Source of the DNA: Promethearchaeota archaeon
GTDB taxonomy: Archaea; Asgardarchaeota; Lokiarchaeia; Sigyniarchaeales; SOKP01
Length of the DNA: 64,000 nt
NCBI GenBank assembly: GCA_029838195.1
Contig: JALGVJ010000004.1
Span: 64,001 to 128,000 of the forward strand
Direction of reading: 5' to 3'
Part shown: positions 38,420 to 48,745 of the stretch, piece after piece
Numbering within the stretch: position 1 is the first letter of the stretch
How the letters are laid out: every line of letters starts with the position of its first letter
Translations under genes and position numbers: made by a program
The notes under the pieces: model-generated
Seen by the model: only the letters and a program-made list of their open reading frames with translations
Told to the model about the DNA's origin: nothing
Databases searched by the model: none

Positions 38420-41200
38420 TTATTTCTTTCTAGATTTAATAAGCTCCAGGTTTTTATCGAGATCAAACATGATATGGACCGATCCGGTGCCTATTGGCGA
38501 CACTTGTCCTACAATAACGTTTTCGGGTATTCCTAATAATCTTTCTTCCTCTCCATAAAGACCGGCATCTAAAAGTTGGTTAACGGTTACTTCGAAGGCA
38601 GCCCTGGCAAAAACGCTTGATTTTGAACCTGAAATCCCGTGTCGGCCAATGGATTGGATGGTTCCTGTACTACACATTAAATCGGCCAGAATTAATAAGT
38701 GACGCAAATCCACGTCTAACCCTTGTTGTTCTAAAACTTTTTGAGATTCTATTATGATTAAGTTACGAGCGGCTTCAATTCCGAATAATTTTTCCACTTC
38801 ATGTAAGTGATTGGAAATGGTTCTTGTAGGATCTACGCCTTCAATTTGAATGGCTCCTTGTAAATTCGTACCTTCGGTTTTAATTACCCATTCATTTCCA
38901 TCTTCGGTAGGGGTGAGAAGACCCCTTTTAATTCCTCTTATTCCTTTTATTACTTTTTTTAATATTTTTTCACGCAATTTTTGTAAACTCTGTAGATCTT
39001 CTATACCGGGGTCAATGATGATAGAATTCTTTTCTCTCTTGATAGTTCCTTTTTTCTTATACCTCTTTAAAATTTCGGGAATTTCATCAACATTAATCCC
39101 TTTTTTTTCACAAAGTTCGGGTATGAGATTTACCACGATATTCCAATTCACGAAATCAATATCCGCATCCGAGGTGATTTGCTCAATTCGTATTTGCTCA
39201 ATTCGATTATGTACCTTTATCGCTTCTTCTTCGCTCTTGTTATAAGGCTCTTCTAAATATATCGTCATCTGAGGAGTACTAGGAAATCTACGAGCATCTA
39301 CGATTTCGATTAAACGTGGAAGACCTTGCGTTACTGAAAACTCTTCTACGCCAGCGTAGTGAAATGTCCGTAATGTATTATGGGTAATTAAACCCTCCGC
39401 TGTAGTGAAATTTTCATGATTTTCAATTGAAAAATCGTATAAATATGGTGTAGGTGATTTTATTAATCTAATAGAAATAATTTCATCCCATATAATATCA
39501 CTTTGCAATGCTTTATGTAGAATATTCAATTCCTCGCTGATATCGATGCCCTCTTCTTTTGCCCTTCGTTCAAATATTTTTATATACCGATGAAGGGTTT
39601 GGCGTCTGATTTTTTGCTTGCGAGTATATTTTTTAATACTTGCTGCTAAAGCAGAATGCGCATCTATTTTTAATTTCATGTAGAGATTATTTAAAACTTT
39701 TCCAAATCCCGGAATTATATCTAAGCTATCACGTGATGAATCTTTTGATAGCTCTCTCTCCACTATTTTATTTAAAATAATATTCTTTTCAGATATGATT
39801 GAGCCAATTTTTTTCTTATATGTTGGAGCATATTTTCCTGAAATCCTTAAACAATAACAATTTTTTTCCTTGAATTTTGAAGCAATTATTCCAAATCTAG
39901 ATAATAATAAGCATATCCCATCTCTTAATTCCTTGGAACTTGTACTTGCCCTAATTTGCATTCTTTCGGCAGAAAAATTACCATCTCCATCAAAATAGGC
40001 TTGAAGTAACCCGGCTATAAAATCATCAGGCGCATTTAATGCCCACGAGGGTATAAATTTATTTCTTGCTCCTTTTCCGCAAAGTCTTTTAAAAATTGTT
40101 CCCAATAATGATGAAGAAAGAATAATTGATGAATTTGGTCCAAATTCTCCTTTTTCTTCATTTAAACTCCAAGAAATAGAATAGCTATTCGCAAAATCTA
40201 ATACTCGCTTCTTAAAATTTTCATCAATATTGGTTAATGCTATGAAATTTCCGGCATTAGTTCCTTCAGATAAATATGCTCCCATGATCCAACCAAAAGA
40301 AAAATTAAGAGGTAATTTATCCGGAATTACTATATTCGGATTCGAACAGGTTTTAGGATATATCTGACTATCTTGAAGCAAATCATTTTTCCCGGTTTTT
40401 AACGCTTTTAGTAATCCATTTACTCCAACTGGGATAGTATATTCTATATTGAATTCTTCCTTCCGGTTTCTTCCCATCCAATCTTTTGATTCTTTAACTG
40501 CATTTAACTCGGAACCAAACCAAGCCTCTTTTTTTGATACGTATTGTTTGATGTCCATGAAATCGATGGGATCTTCTGTCGGCAGATTTTTTATTAAGGG
40601 AATCCGATCTCCTATTTTTAATGTTCGCCCCTCGACAGGAATAATTTTATTATTTTTTCTCATCAAAAATGAATGTGAAAGGGTTGCCTCTATACTTCTA
40701 CCCGAACGTGTCTTTATCCTCAAAATTTCTCGTTTAGCAGGATGTCTACTTACTTGTTGAATGCGCCCCCAGTGAATCTTTTCATCTTGACCTAAACAAG
40801 GAACTTTTATTTCCTTAGAATCTAAATTTAATACTTCACAGTCGCCAACATGTTCTAAAATTTCTGCGTTTGACATTAATTCATCAATAAAATCTCCAAT
40901 ATTCAAGATTTTAGTATAGTTTCCCTCTTTTATGATTACTTTTTCTGTTCCCGGAATGCTCATCTGTGTTCCCGGTTCGCCAATAGATTGTGCGGCTACC
41001 GTGCCGACAGGTTCAGAAGCTTCCACGATTGCATTGGTATAATTAATGAAAATTTTATTCAAGAAATATTCTAATTGCTCTTCCTCTAAGTCTTCATCCT
41101 TAATTTTATCTCTAATCTTATCGATTAAATCTTCAGGAATACCATCTTCTTTCAATTCTTGTAATTTTTCTTCCAAAAACTTTTTTGTTACTTTTACCAT
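38420..41200 (-). CDS. rpoA2: RNA polymerase subunit A'' (Rpo1C) precursor containing an intein
   Basis: GTVAAQSIGEPGTQM|intein|TLRTFHYAG...TQGLPRLIEIVDAR...RAAFE...ENVIVGQ; mature protein is 398 aa. Confidence 0.96.
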   Translation of the reverse strand: MVKVTKKFLEEKLQELKEDGIPEDLIDKIRDKIKDEDLEEEQLEYFLNKIFINYTNAIVEASEPVGTVAAQSIGEPGTQMSIPGTEKVIIKEGNYTKILNIGDFIDELMSNAEILEHVGDCEVLNLDSKEIKVPCLGQDEKIHWGRIQQVSRHPAKREILRIKTRSGRSIEATLSHSFLMRKNNKIIPVEGRTLKIGDRIPLIKNLPTEDPIDFMDIKQYVSKKEAWFGSELNAVKESKDWMGRNRKEEFNIEYTIPVGVNGLLKALKTGKNDLLQDSQIYPKTCSNPNIVIPDKLPLNFSFGWIMGAYLSEGTNAGNFIALTNIDENFKKRVLDFANSYSISWSLNEEKGEFGPNSSIILSSSLLGTIFKRLCGKGARNKFIPSWALNAPDDFIAGLLQAYFDGDGNFSAERMQIRASTSSKELRDGICLLLSRFGIIASKFKEKNCYCLRISGKYAPTYKKKIGSIISEKNIILNKIVERELSKDSSRDSLDIIPGFGKVLNNLYMKLKIDAHSALAASIKKYTRKQKIRRQTLHRYIKIFERRAKEEGIDISEELNILHKALQSDIIWDEIISIRLIKSPTPYLYDFSIENHENFTTAEGLITHNTLRTFHYAGVEEFSVTQGLPRLIEIVDARRFPSTPQMTIYLEEPYNKSEEEAIKVHNRIEQIRIEQITSDADIDFVNWNIVVNLIPELCEKKGINVDEIPEILKRYKKKGTIKREKNSIIIDPGIEDLQSLQKLREKILKKVIKGIRGIKRGLLTPTEDGNEWVIKTEGTNLQGAIQIEGVDPTRTISNHLHEVEKLFGIEAARNLIIIESQKVLEQQGLDVDLRHLLILADLMCSTGTIQSIGRHGISGSKSSVFARAAFEVTVNQLLDAGLYGEEERLLGIPENVIVGQVSPIGTGSVHIMFDLDKNLELIKSRKK
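39377..40960 (-). mobile_element. 528-aa intein with LAGLIDADG homing endonuclease in RpoA''
   Basis: Starts with Ser (SIPGTE); block B TLSH; endonuclease blocks WIMGAYLSEG and LLQAYFDGDG; block F YLYDFSI; ends THN followed by Thr+1. Confidence 0.95.
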
Positions 41201-41213
41201 ATTTATTCCCTCC

Positions 41214-44195
41214 TTATTTTAATGAAGCTTTCCATTCTTTATATCCTTTAGTCATTTTCCCTCTCCAAATTGCATTTTTTCCAGTTTCCCTTTCGTATTG
41301 TGCCCGTAATTCCTCTTCGCTCATTTCTTCAATTAGTTTATGCTTGTCAATCTCCGATTCTGCAGATTCAACTTCTGCTTCTTTTTCAATTTTTGTTTCC
41401 GTCTTAGTTTTTGTTTTTTTTGATTCTTCAGCTTTAGAGATCATCTCTCTTGCTTGTTTTTCATATTTTTGAAGTTCCTCTCTTATTTTACTTACATCAA
41501 GACTCTTGGCTTTCAGAAGCAAGACATCTAAATTCACTGCATCTCCATGATCGGTCATTTGGGGATTTATTCCATCATCTCCATATTCAAATTGAATGAT
41601 ATTTTTATCTGCATTCCTTACGGTCCCATCGTTTTCAATGACCATATCTTGTAGTGCATTCACTAAACGACGTTGCATGTAGCCGCTCGTGGATGTCCGA
41701 ACTGCCGTGTCCACGAGTCCTTCCCTACCACCCATGGCATGGAAAAAGAATTCTGAAGGCTGTAGTCCATTTCGATAAGAAGAAGCAACAAAACCTCGTG
41801 CTTTTGGCGTTAAATCATTTACCTTGAAATGGGGCAATGTTCTCCACGTATATCCCCTATTAATTCGCTCTCCTCGAATAGCTTGTTGACCTACTACGGC
41901 GGACATTTGCCCTAAATTCAAAATATTTCCCCTCGCACCCGATTTCGTCATTATTACGGAATGAGCCTCATCTCCGATGTAATTAGCGGCTATTTCCATC
42001 GCTTTATTTCGAGCTTCTGCTAAGACTTGTCTTATTCGAAGTTCTAAAGTTTCTCTCATTGAACGTCCCGGAGCTCTTTTTAAAATCGTTGTATCATTAG
42101 TATAATACGCTTCAATTAATTTATCACATTCTTTGTCAGCAATCTCTAATTCTTCTTGAATTTTTTTATAGGCTTCTCCTTTCACATATACCTCATCAAG
42201 TCCCATTGTCATTCCATTTTTCCGAATGATGTATAACAACATTTTTGTTGCGCTGTCTAAAAATTCTCTACCTCGAGCATTCCCATGATCTTTAATGATT
42301 CGCTGTAATATACTGTTAGATTGCATCGGTCCAAAGGAATTTTCATCAATCGTTCCCGTGATTAATTTTCCATTCTTTATCATCACGTATGCATCATACG
42401 GACAATCTAATTCCTTACATTCCTCCCCTTCTATTGTATAACATTTCTTACAGAATTTAGAACGCACGTGAATATTTAGATCTTCCGGAAATAATGCACT
42501 AAAAATTTGTTTTCCCGAATATAAAGGTTCAGGCTCCTTAACCACGGGTTCAAAATCATTTATGGAAAAATTAGGATGCGTTTTGAAAATATCTGCCATG
42601 TAAAGTAATTTTAAAGCTTCCTTTTTTGTATAAAGAGAATCCTTACTGGTGAATTGAAATACACTGGAAATAAAATCTTGAATGCCCCCCAAAATAGGGC
42701 CCCCAAAACGAGGAGATAAAATGTGTTCTTGAACCTTTAATAAAAATTCTGCCTCTGTTCGAGCCTCTTCACTCTGGGGAACGTGTAAATTCATTTCATC
42801 TCCATCAAAATCCGCGTTGTAAGGGGGACAAACAGTAAGGTTAAGTCTAAAGGTTTTTCCATCCATGATTTTTACTTCATGGGCCATGATGGACATTCGA
42901 TGGAGGGAGGGCTGGCGATTAAAGAGGACTAAATCACCATCATTTAAGTGACGCTCCACGATAAACCCTGGTGCTAACATGTCTGCTATGATCTTCCGAT
43001 TCTTTACATATCGTAAATCAATCCGCCTGCGATCATTTCGAATGATATAATTCGCTCCAGGATGCTTGTTCGGACCATTTAATACTATTTGTTTCATTTC
43101 TTCAATGTTCCAATCATTTACATTGGTTGGAATCGTTAAAATTTTAGCGATATCGATGGGCACCCCCACTTCATTAATGCTAATGTGAGGATTAGGCGTG
43201 ATCACGCTCCGTGCTGAAAAATCTACCCGCTTGCCGCTTAAATTGCTCCGAAATCGCCCTTCCTTTCCCTTTAATCTTTGAGTAAGAGTTCTTAAAGCTC
43301 GTCCGGATCGGTGCCGTGCTGGAGGAATCCCTGAAACTTGATTGTCAAAATAAGTGGTTACGTGATATTGTAATAATTCCCATAAATCTTCTACAATCAA
43401 GTGAGGAGCACCGGCATCAATATTTTCCCTTAATCTCTGGTTAATACGGATGACATCCACTAATTTATGGGTTAAATCATCTTCTGAACGAATTCCACTA
43501 TCCAAGGTGATAGAAGGTCTCGCACAAACAGGGGGAATGGGTAATACCGTAAAAATAACCCACTCTAATCGAGCATTTTCCGGTTGAATGCCTAAAATTC
43601 GCATGTCACCATCCGGAATCTTTTTTAACCTCTCTAAAATTTCAATAGGAGTTAACCTTCGGGATCCCTTCCCCTCTTCCTCCTCATAAAAAGTTGTGGG
43701 TTTTTCTATTATGATCTTTTTTCTTTTCGTCCCACAATAAGGACAAATCCTGTTTTTCCGGGCTAATTTGAAAACATTTCGCGTGGTGTCTACATCGCCT
43801 TCAAAATACATTTGACGATGCTTTGATTGTTCTTTTCTAAACCGTTCTTTATCCTCTTCAGAAAGTAATAATCGGGAACATTCCGGACAAATCGAACGTA
43901 AGACTTTTAATACCTTTTTAGCATAACCAACATGAATGACTGGACGAGCTAATTCAATATGACCAAAATGCCCTAGACAATTCGAAACCAAATTACCGCA
44001 AGTTTGGCAACGCTGGCCAGGTTCAATCGTTCCTAAGCGCTGATCCATCAAACCAGATGGAATGGGAAGTCCATCTTCGTCGTATGTGTCTGCCGTAATT
44101 ATCCGTGCAGCAGACATTTTTCGAATCTCATCCGGACTCAATAATCCGAACTTGATTTTCTCGATTAATTTTGTTTTAGAAATGAAGTGGCTCAT
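41214..44195 (-). CDS. rpoA1: RNA polymerase subunit A' (Rpo1N)
   Basis: GHFGHIELA, GKRVDFSAR, NRQPSLH, YNADFDGDEMN active site, GGREGLVDTAVRT; charged C-terminal extension. Confidence 0.98.
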   Translation of the reverse strand: MSHFISKTKLIEKIKFGLLSPDEIRKMSAARIITADTYDEDGLPIPSGLMDQRLGTIEPGQRCQTCGNLVSNCLGHFGHIELARPVIHVGYAKKVLKVLRSICPECSRLLLSEEDKERFRKEQSKHRQMYFEGDVDTTRNVFKLARKNRICPYCGTKRKKIIIEKPTTFYEEEEGKGSRRLTPIEILERLKKIPDGDMRILGIQPENARLEWVIFTVLPIPPVCARPSITLDSGIRSEDDLTHKLVDVIRINQRLRENIDAGAPHLIVEDLWELLQYHVTTYFDNQVSGIPPARHRSGRALRTLTQRLKGKEGRFRSNLSGKRVDFSARSVITPNPHISINEVGVPIDIAKILTIPTNVNDWNIEEMKQIVLNGPNKHPGANYIIRNDRRRIDLRYVKNRKIIADMLAPGFIVERHLNDGDLVLFNRQPSLHRMSIMAHEVKIMDGKTFRLNLTVCPPYNADFDGDEMNLHVPQSEEARTEAEFLLKVQEHILSPRFGGPILGGIQDFISSVFQFTSKDSLYTKKEALKLLYMADIFKTHPNFSINDFEPVVKEPEPLYSGKQIFSALFPEDLNIHVRSKFCKKCYTIEGEECKELDCPYDAYVMIKNGKLITGTIDENSFGPMQSNSILQRIIKDHGNARGREFLDSATKMLLYIIRKNGMTMGLDEVYVKGEAYKKIQEELEIADKECDKLIEAYYTNDTTILKRAPGRSMRETLELRIRQVLAEARNKAMEIAANYIGDEAHSVIMTKSGARGNILNLGQMSAVVGQQAIRGERINRGYTWRTLPHFKVNDLTPKARGFVASSYRNGLQPSEFFFHAMGGREGLVDTAVRTSTSGYMQRRLVNALQDMVIENDGTVRNADKNIIQFEYGDDGINPQMTDHGDAVNLDVLLLKAKSLDVSKIREELQKYEKQAREMISKAEESKKTKTKTETKIEKEAEVESAESEIDKHKLIEEMSEEELRAQYERETGKNAIWRGKMTKGYKEWKASLK

Positions 44196-44640
44196 AGAAG
44201 TTTAACCTCATGAAGTTATAGAATTTTGATTATTTTTTTCATAAATGAGAGCAAACCTGCTATTAGAAAATTTTGTATTCATAGAAGAATGCACTCTTCT
44301 TCAATTTTAGATTTGATATAAGTGATAAAATGAGTTGATAAAGTACAGCACACTGTATTAGATTTAAATGTATTAAATTAAAAAAATTTTACGCTTTTTT
44401 CCATATAAAACATGATGATTCTTACATTATTATGAGTACGCAGTTGCACGTGAATGATAAACCGAAGTTGGATTTTATCTCTTTTACTTTACTCACTCAT
44501 TTCTATTCGTGGCAAAATTAACAAGTTTAGGAACAAGTTTTATAATTATTTTTTCTATTACGCTACAAACTTTTAAAAAAGAACCTTAATTTCTAAATAT
44601 TTCTATTTTTATATAAAATGTTTTATTTAATTAAATAGAA

Positions 44641-45240
44641 ATGAACAAGCTAAGAGTAATTCTGGAGAAGAAAATAGTTATTTTCATCATGCAATTCAGT
44701 TTTTTATCCTTGCTCCTTCAAGTTGGAGATTATCACGTTAATTTACTTTTTGATGAAGGCATTATAGAAGTGAGGAGAACAATCATCTCCTTTCTTGGAA
44801 GATTGATTATATATCAAACGCACCATGACTTTTTATTTCTTAATGCTTGCTGGATGTTTATTTCCTTGATCCCCTCGCTTTTATATTTAGATTATAAAAA
44901 AGCCACTTCCATGAATTTGACCACGTTTTTCATTCCTAATTTCTTTTTTTATATATTTTTTTCCCGTTATTCTCCCGATTATTTTTCTATGTATTTTACC
45001 AAATTTTTCCTTCAAACAATCATCATGGGCTTAATAATAATTTCTTTTTCAATTGCTAGTGCTTTAGTGCTATTGAAAATTAAAAATTTTTTCGCAACCA
45101 CGTGGAGGAAAGAAGCAAATAAAGTTGAATTGAATATTCAATCCAAATGTCCGTATTGTGGAACCGAATTTCAATCCATGCCAAAAATTTGCTATAATTG
45201 TTCGAAAGAATTAAAAGAAGAGGTACGGGAACATGAGTGA
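44641..45240 (+). CDS. Membrane protein with C-terminal zinc ribbon
   Basis: About four hydrophobic segments followed by CPYCG...CYNC; overlaps the start of the next gene (ATGAGTGA). Confidence 0.65.
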   Translation: MNKLRVILEKKIVIFIMQFSFLSLLLQVGDYHVNLLFDEGIIEVRRTIISFLGRLIIYQTHHDFLFLNACWMFISLIPSLLYLDYKKATSMNLTTFFIPNFFFYIFFSRYSPDYFSMYFTKFFLQTIIMGLIIISFSIASALVLLKIKNFFATTWRKEANKVELNIQSKCPYCGTEFQSMPKICYNCSKELKEEVREHE

Positions 45241-46675
45241 AAGGGATTTTCATGCTTTATTTTATCCTAAAACAGTCGTGATCCAAGAAGCAAAGGAAAA
45301 AATTGCCTTTTTCATCAAGGGATTTAAAAGACAAGGCTTTCCTTTAGAAAACTTGTATTTAATTAATTCAAGAGAGCAGAATTTACTTGGTTTAAAATGT
45401 TATCCATCCATTGACGAAATCCCCATTGAAACGATTGATTACTTGATTTTTGCAATAAGAAGAGAAAAAACAATCGACTCTCTCAATGAAATATTATCAA
45501 AGAAAAAGGTTAAATTCATTCATATTTTTACTGCTGGAATGGGAGAAGCTGATGAAATTGGAAGCCAAATTGAGAAAGAAATAAAAAATTTACTCGATAA
45601 ATATCCCAAAACTCGTGCTATAGGCCCCAATTGCATGGGCGTGTATTGTCCACGAGGAAAAAACGCATATTATTCATCTTTTCCCGTAGAAAGTGGTACT
45701 ATTGGATTAATATTTCAATCAGGCGATCTTCATTCTCGTATGATAAAATTTGGCTCTAGATTATATGGTTTGAGGTTTGCCAAGGGAATTTCCATTGGAA
45801 ATACCGTTGATCTCCAAGTCTCTGAGTTTTTGGAATATTTTAATGAAGATCCCGAAATTGAGATCATCTGTGTCTATTTTGAAGGTTTTTCTCCCCTTCA
45901 TGAAAAAGAGCCGAAACGATTTTTAGAAACCGTGAAAAAGGTTAAAAAACCCGTGCTTTTCATGCGCGGAGGACGGACTAAACGAGCCCAGACGGCTATA
46001 ATATCTCATACGGGAACGTTAGCATCCTCTCAAAAGATATGGTCAGCAATCTATAAGCAAACACCCTTGTTGGAAATACCGCCTTCCTTGGAAGATCTAT
46101 TAGATACCACCTACATGTTTAAAAATTATATATCCAGATTTAAAAACGGGAAAAATATACTATTTCCCCAAAATAAGCGGGTTTTAATCGTTTTATGGTC
46201 CGGGGGATTTGGGATTTTAGCGACAGATACCCTAACAGAATTAGGTTTTAAAATTCCTCAATTTAAAAAAAAAGCATTAGATGAATTAAAAAAGATCTAC
46301 CCCTTGAAAATTGGCTCCCTTTCGAATCCTCTTGACATGCCTTGGATCACTTCAAAAAAAGCATTTGTCGATATTACAATTAAAGCCTTAGAACAAGGCA
46401 TTGATTTCTTGATAATTGAAACGGATGCGTGGCGAAACATGGAAGGAGAAGAATTTAAAAATTATTACAATAATTTGAAAAAAATAAAGGAGCACGTGGA
46501 GAGTTCGAATAAAGTTTTTTCCATTGTGCTACATCAATATCCGAGTAGTTCAAGAGAAAAATTTTATTCCATGCTAATTAAGGATAATTTTCTCGTATAT
46601 TCCACCATAGAGAGAGCCGCAAGAGCATTTTTAAAACTTCTTGAATATGGTAAAAAAGTGGAGAAATTTACTTGA
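45233..46675 (+). CDS. CoA-binding protein, ADP-forming acyl-CoA synthetase alpha-subunit-like
   Basis: GPNCMG, QSG, SIGN..DL, SHTG (phospho-His position), SGG.G, SNPLD. Confidence 0.85.
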   Translation: MSERDFHALFYPKTVVIQEAKEKIAFFIKGFKRQGFPLENLYLINSREQNLLGLKCYPSIDEIPIETIDYLIFAIRREKTIDSLNEILSKKKVKFIHIFTAGMGEADEIGSQIEKEIKNLLDKYPKTRAIGPNCMGVYCPRGKNAYYSSFPVESGTIGLIFQSGDLHSRMIKFGSRLYGLRFAKGISIGNTVDLQVSEFLEYFNEDPEIEIICVYFEGFSPLHEKEPKRFLETVKKVKKPVLFMRGGRTKRAQTAIISHTGTLASSQKIWSAIYKQTPLLEIPPSLEDLLDTTYMFKNYISRFKNGKNILFPQNKRVLIVLWSGGFGILATDTLTELGFKIPQFKKKALDELKKIYPLKIGSLSNPLDMPWITSKKAFVDITIKALEQGIDFLIIETDAWRNMEGEEFKNYYNNLKKIKEHVESSNKVFSIVLHQYPSSSREKFYSMLIKDNFLVYSTIERAARAFLKLLEYGKKVEKFT

Positions 46676-46817
46676 TTGATAACGAGACTTAAATATAACC
46701 ATTTTGCTTCCATGAGAATCTTAAACTCTAAATCTAATCCTTAATTTTATTAAATAATTTTTAATAAAACGTCGTTTAACTTAAAACACTAAAAAATCTT
46801 TAATTGAGATTTTTATC

Positions 46818-48275
46818 ATGCCGAATTTAGACCTTCTATTTGCTCCAAAAACCGTTGCCATTTACGAGGCAAAAGAGAAATTTCAATATTTTATAGAAGG
46901 ATTTAAATCTCAAGGATTTAATCTTGAAAATCTATTTTTAATTACGCCCTCTTACGACCATTTATTTGGTATTAAATGTTATCCCTCTTTTGAAGAAATT
47001 CCCGTATCCTCCATAGATCTATTAATTTTAGCTATCGGGAGAAATAGAGTCGCTAATGAATTAGAACAAATATTAAAAATAAAGAAAGTAAAATTTATAC
47101 ATTTATTCACTGCGGGTTTGGGAGAATTTGATGAAAAGGGCATGCAAATCGAAAGAAAATTAAAGGAACTCATAGATTCCAATGAAGACGTAAGAGCTTT
47201 TGGTCCAAATTGCATGGGGGTATACTCTCCAGCAGGAAAAAACGCTTATCTTCCCGACTTTCCTGTTGTAAGCGGAAAAATTGGATTGATTTATCAATCT
47301 GGTGATCTTTTGACTCAAACCATTCGATTTGGCTACACTCGCCATGGACTCACCTTTTCTAAAGGAATTTCTGTTGGAAATTGCATGGATTTACAAGTTT
47401 CTGATTTTTTAGAATATTTTAATGATGACCCGGAAATTGAAATTATTGGAATTTATTTTGAAGGTTTCCCTAAATACCGACCAAGTGAAGGAAAAAGATT
47501 TTTTCACCGGTTGAAAAAAATAAAAAAGCCCATTCTATTTTTGAGAGGGGGAATTACAACTCGAGCTCAAACAGCGATCATGAGTCATACGGGAACCTTG
47601 AGTACGGATGATAAAATTTGGAACGGCATCTCCAGGCAATCCACCTTGATCAATGTAGAAAGTTCTTTAGATGATATGATTGACGCTCTTGCCATTTTCG
47701 ATCATATTTTTAGAAAATATCCGGCAATGTCTTTAAGAGAAAAAATTCAATTTCTTCCAAAAGGGAAGAATGCTTTGGTTCTTCTCTGGTCGGGAGGCTT
47801 GGGTGTTTTAGATACGGATACGCTAACCAAAATAGGACTCAATCTTCCTCTATTCAAGGAAGAAACAAAAGATAAATTATTGAAAATCTATCCGTTAAAA
47901 GTAGGGTCTCTTTCAAATCCCTTAGACTTACCTTGGATCACTCGTTCTGAAGTATTTTTTAAGCTATGCAAGGCGGCGATCACGGAAGAAATTGACGTTA
48001 TTATCATGCATACCAATATTTTTGTTTTACGAGATAATGAACGATTCAGGTTATATCTTGAAAATTTAAATAAATTAAAAGAGCATGTTGATTCCAACCA
48101 TAAAATTCTCATGCTAATCTTATTTGATTCCCCTGAAAAAGAATGGATTTACTATTATAACATCCTCAAGGAAAATGGTTTTCTCGTATATCCCAATTTA
48201 AAACGGGCGGCGAACGCCTTTTTAAAATTGCATGAATATCGTACAAGAATGCGATTTGATTCCTTGAAAAGATAA
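46818..48275 (+). CDS. CoA-binding protein, ACD alpha-like; tandem paralogue of the preceding gene
   Basis: Same motifs; shares RAQTAI.SHTGTL and KIYPLK.GSLSNPLD.PWIT with the neighbour. Confidence 0.85.
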   Translation: MPNLDLLFAPKTVAIYEAKEKFQYFIEGFKSQGFNLENLFLITPSYDHLFGIKCYPSFEEIPVSSIDLLILAIGRNRVANELEQILKIKKVKFIHLFTAGLGEFDEKGMQIERKLKELIDSNEDVRAFGPNCMGVYSPAGKNAYLPDFPVVSGKIGLIYQSGDLLTQTIRFGYTRHGLTFSKGISVGNCMDLQVSDFLEYFNDDPEIEIIGIYFEGFPKYRPSEGKRFFHRLKKIKKPILFLRGGITTRAQTAIMSHTGTLSTDDKIWNGISRQSTLINVESSLDDMIDALAIFDHIFRKYPAMSLREKIQFLPKGKNALVLLWSGGLGVLDTDTLTKIGLNLPLFKEETKDKLLKIYPLKVGSLSNPLDLPWITRSEVFFKLCKAAITEEIDVIIMHTNIFVLRDNERFRLYLENLNKLKEHVDSNHKILMLILFDSPEKEWIYYYNILKENGFLVYPNLKRAANAFLKLHEYRTRMRFDSLKR

Positions 48276-48745
48276 GTTAAAAGCCCGTTAATTAAGAATT
48301 AAATATTTTCCTCTTTTTTTTAATGAGCATCATTTAGGATATCCCTCCAAATTCACTTTTAACTTTATTTTAATATAGTAATAAAAAAGGTCAAAATTTT
48401 TAAAAATTTAATAATAATAAACCTGAAAAATTTGAATATTAAGGAATAATTAGCTGATAAAATAAAGATGTTAAAGAGATGTTTATTTTTGTTTCTACTT
48501 TTGCAATAGGAGTTAATATCATATCGCTCTTTATTTTTTACTGGCCGAACTTTTGATTTCCATGAAAACGTAAGGGATATACCTTAGTTTCATTAAAAAG
48601 TGTGTCTATTACACTTGTTATTAATCTTAAATTTAAAAATGAATCATCTTAATAAAGGATAAAAAATTTAGAAAAACATTGATATATCATTTTGGACTCA
48701 TCTAATTTAATCAGAACCCAATTTTAAATTAGGAATAAAAAAAAT

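Noticed and set aside
42395-42460. Cys-rich insert CKKC...CKELDC in RpoA'
   Set aside because: Similar zinc-binding inserts occur at this position in other archaeal RpoA' proteins.
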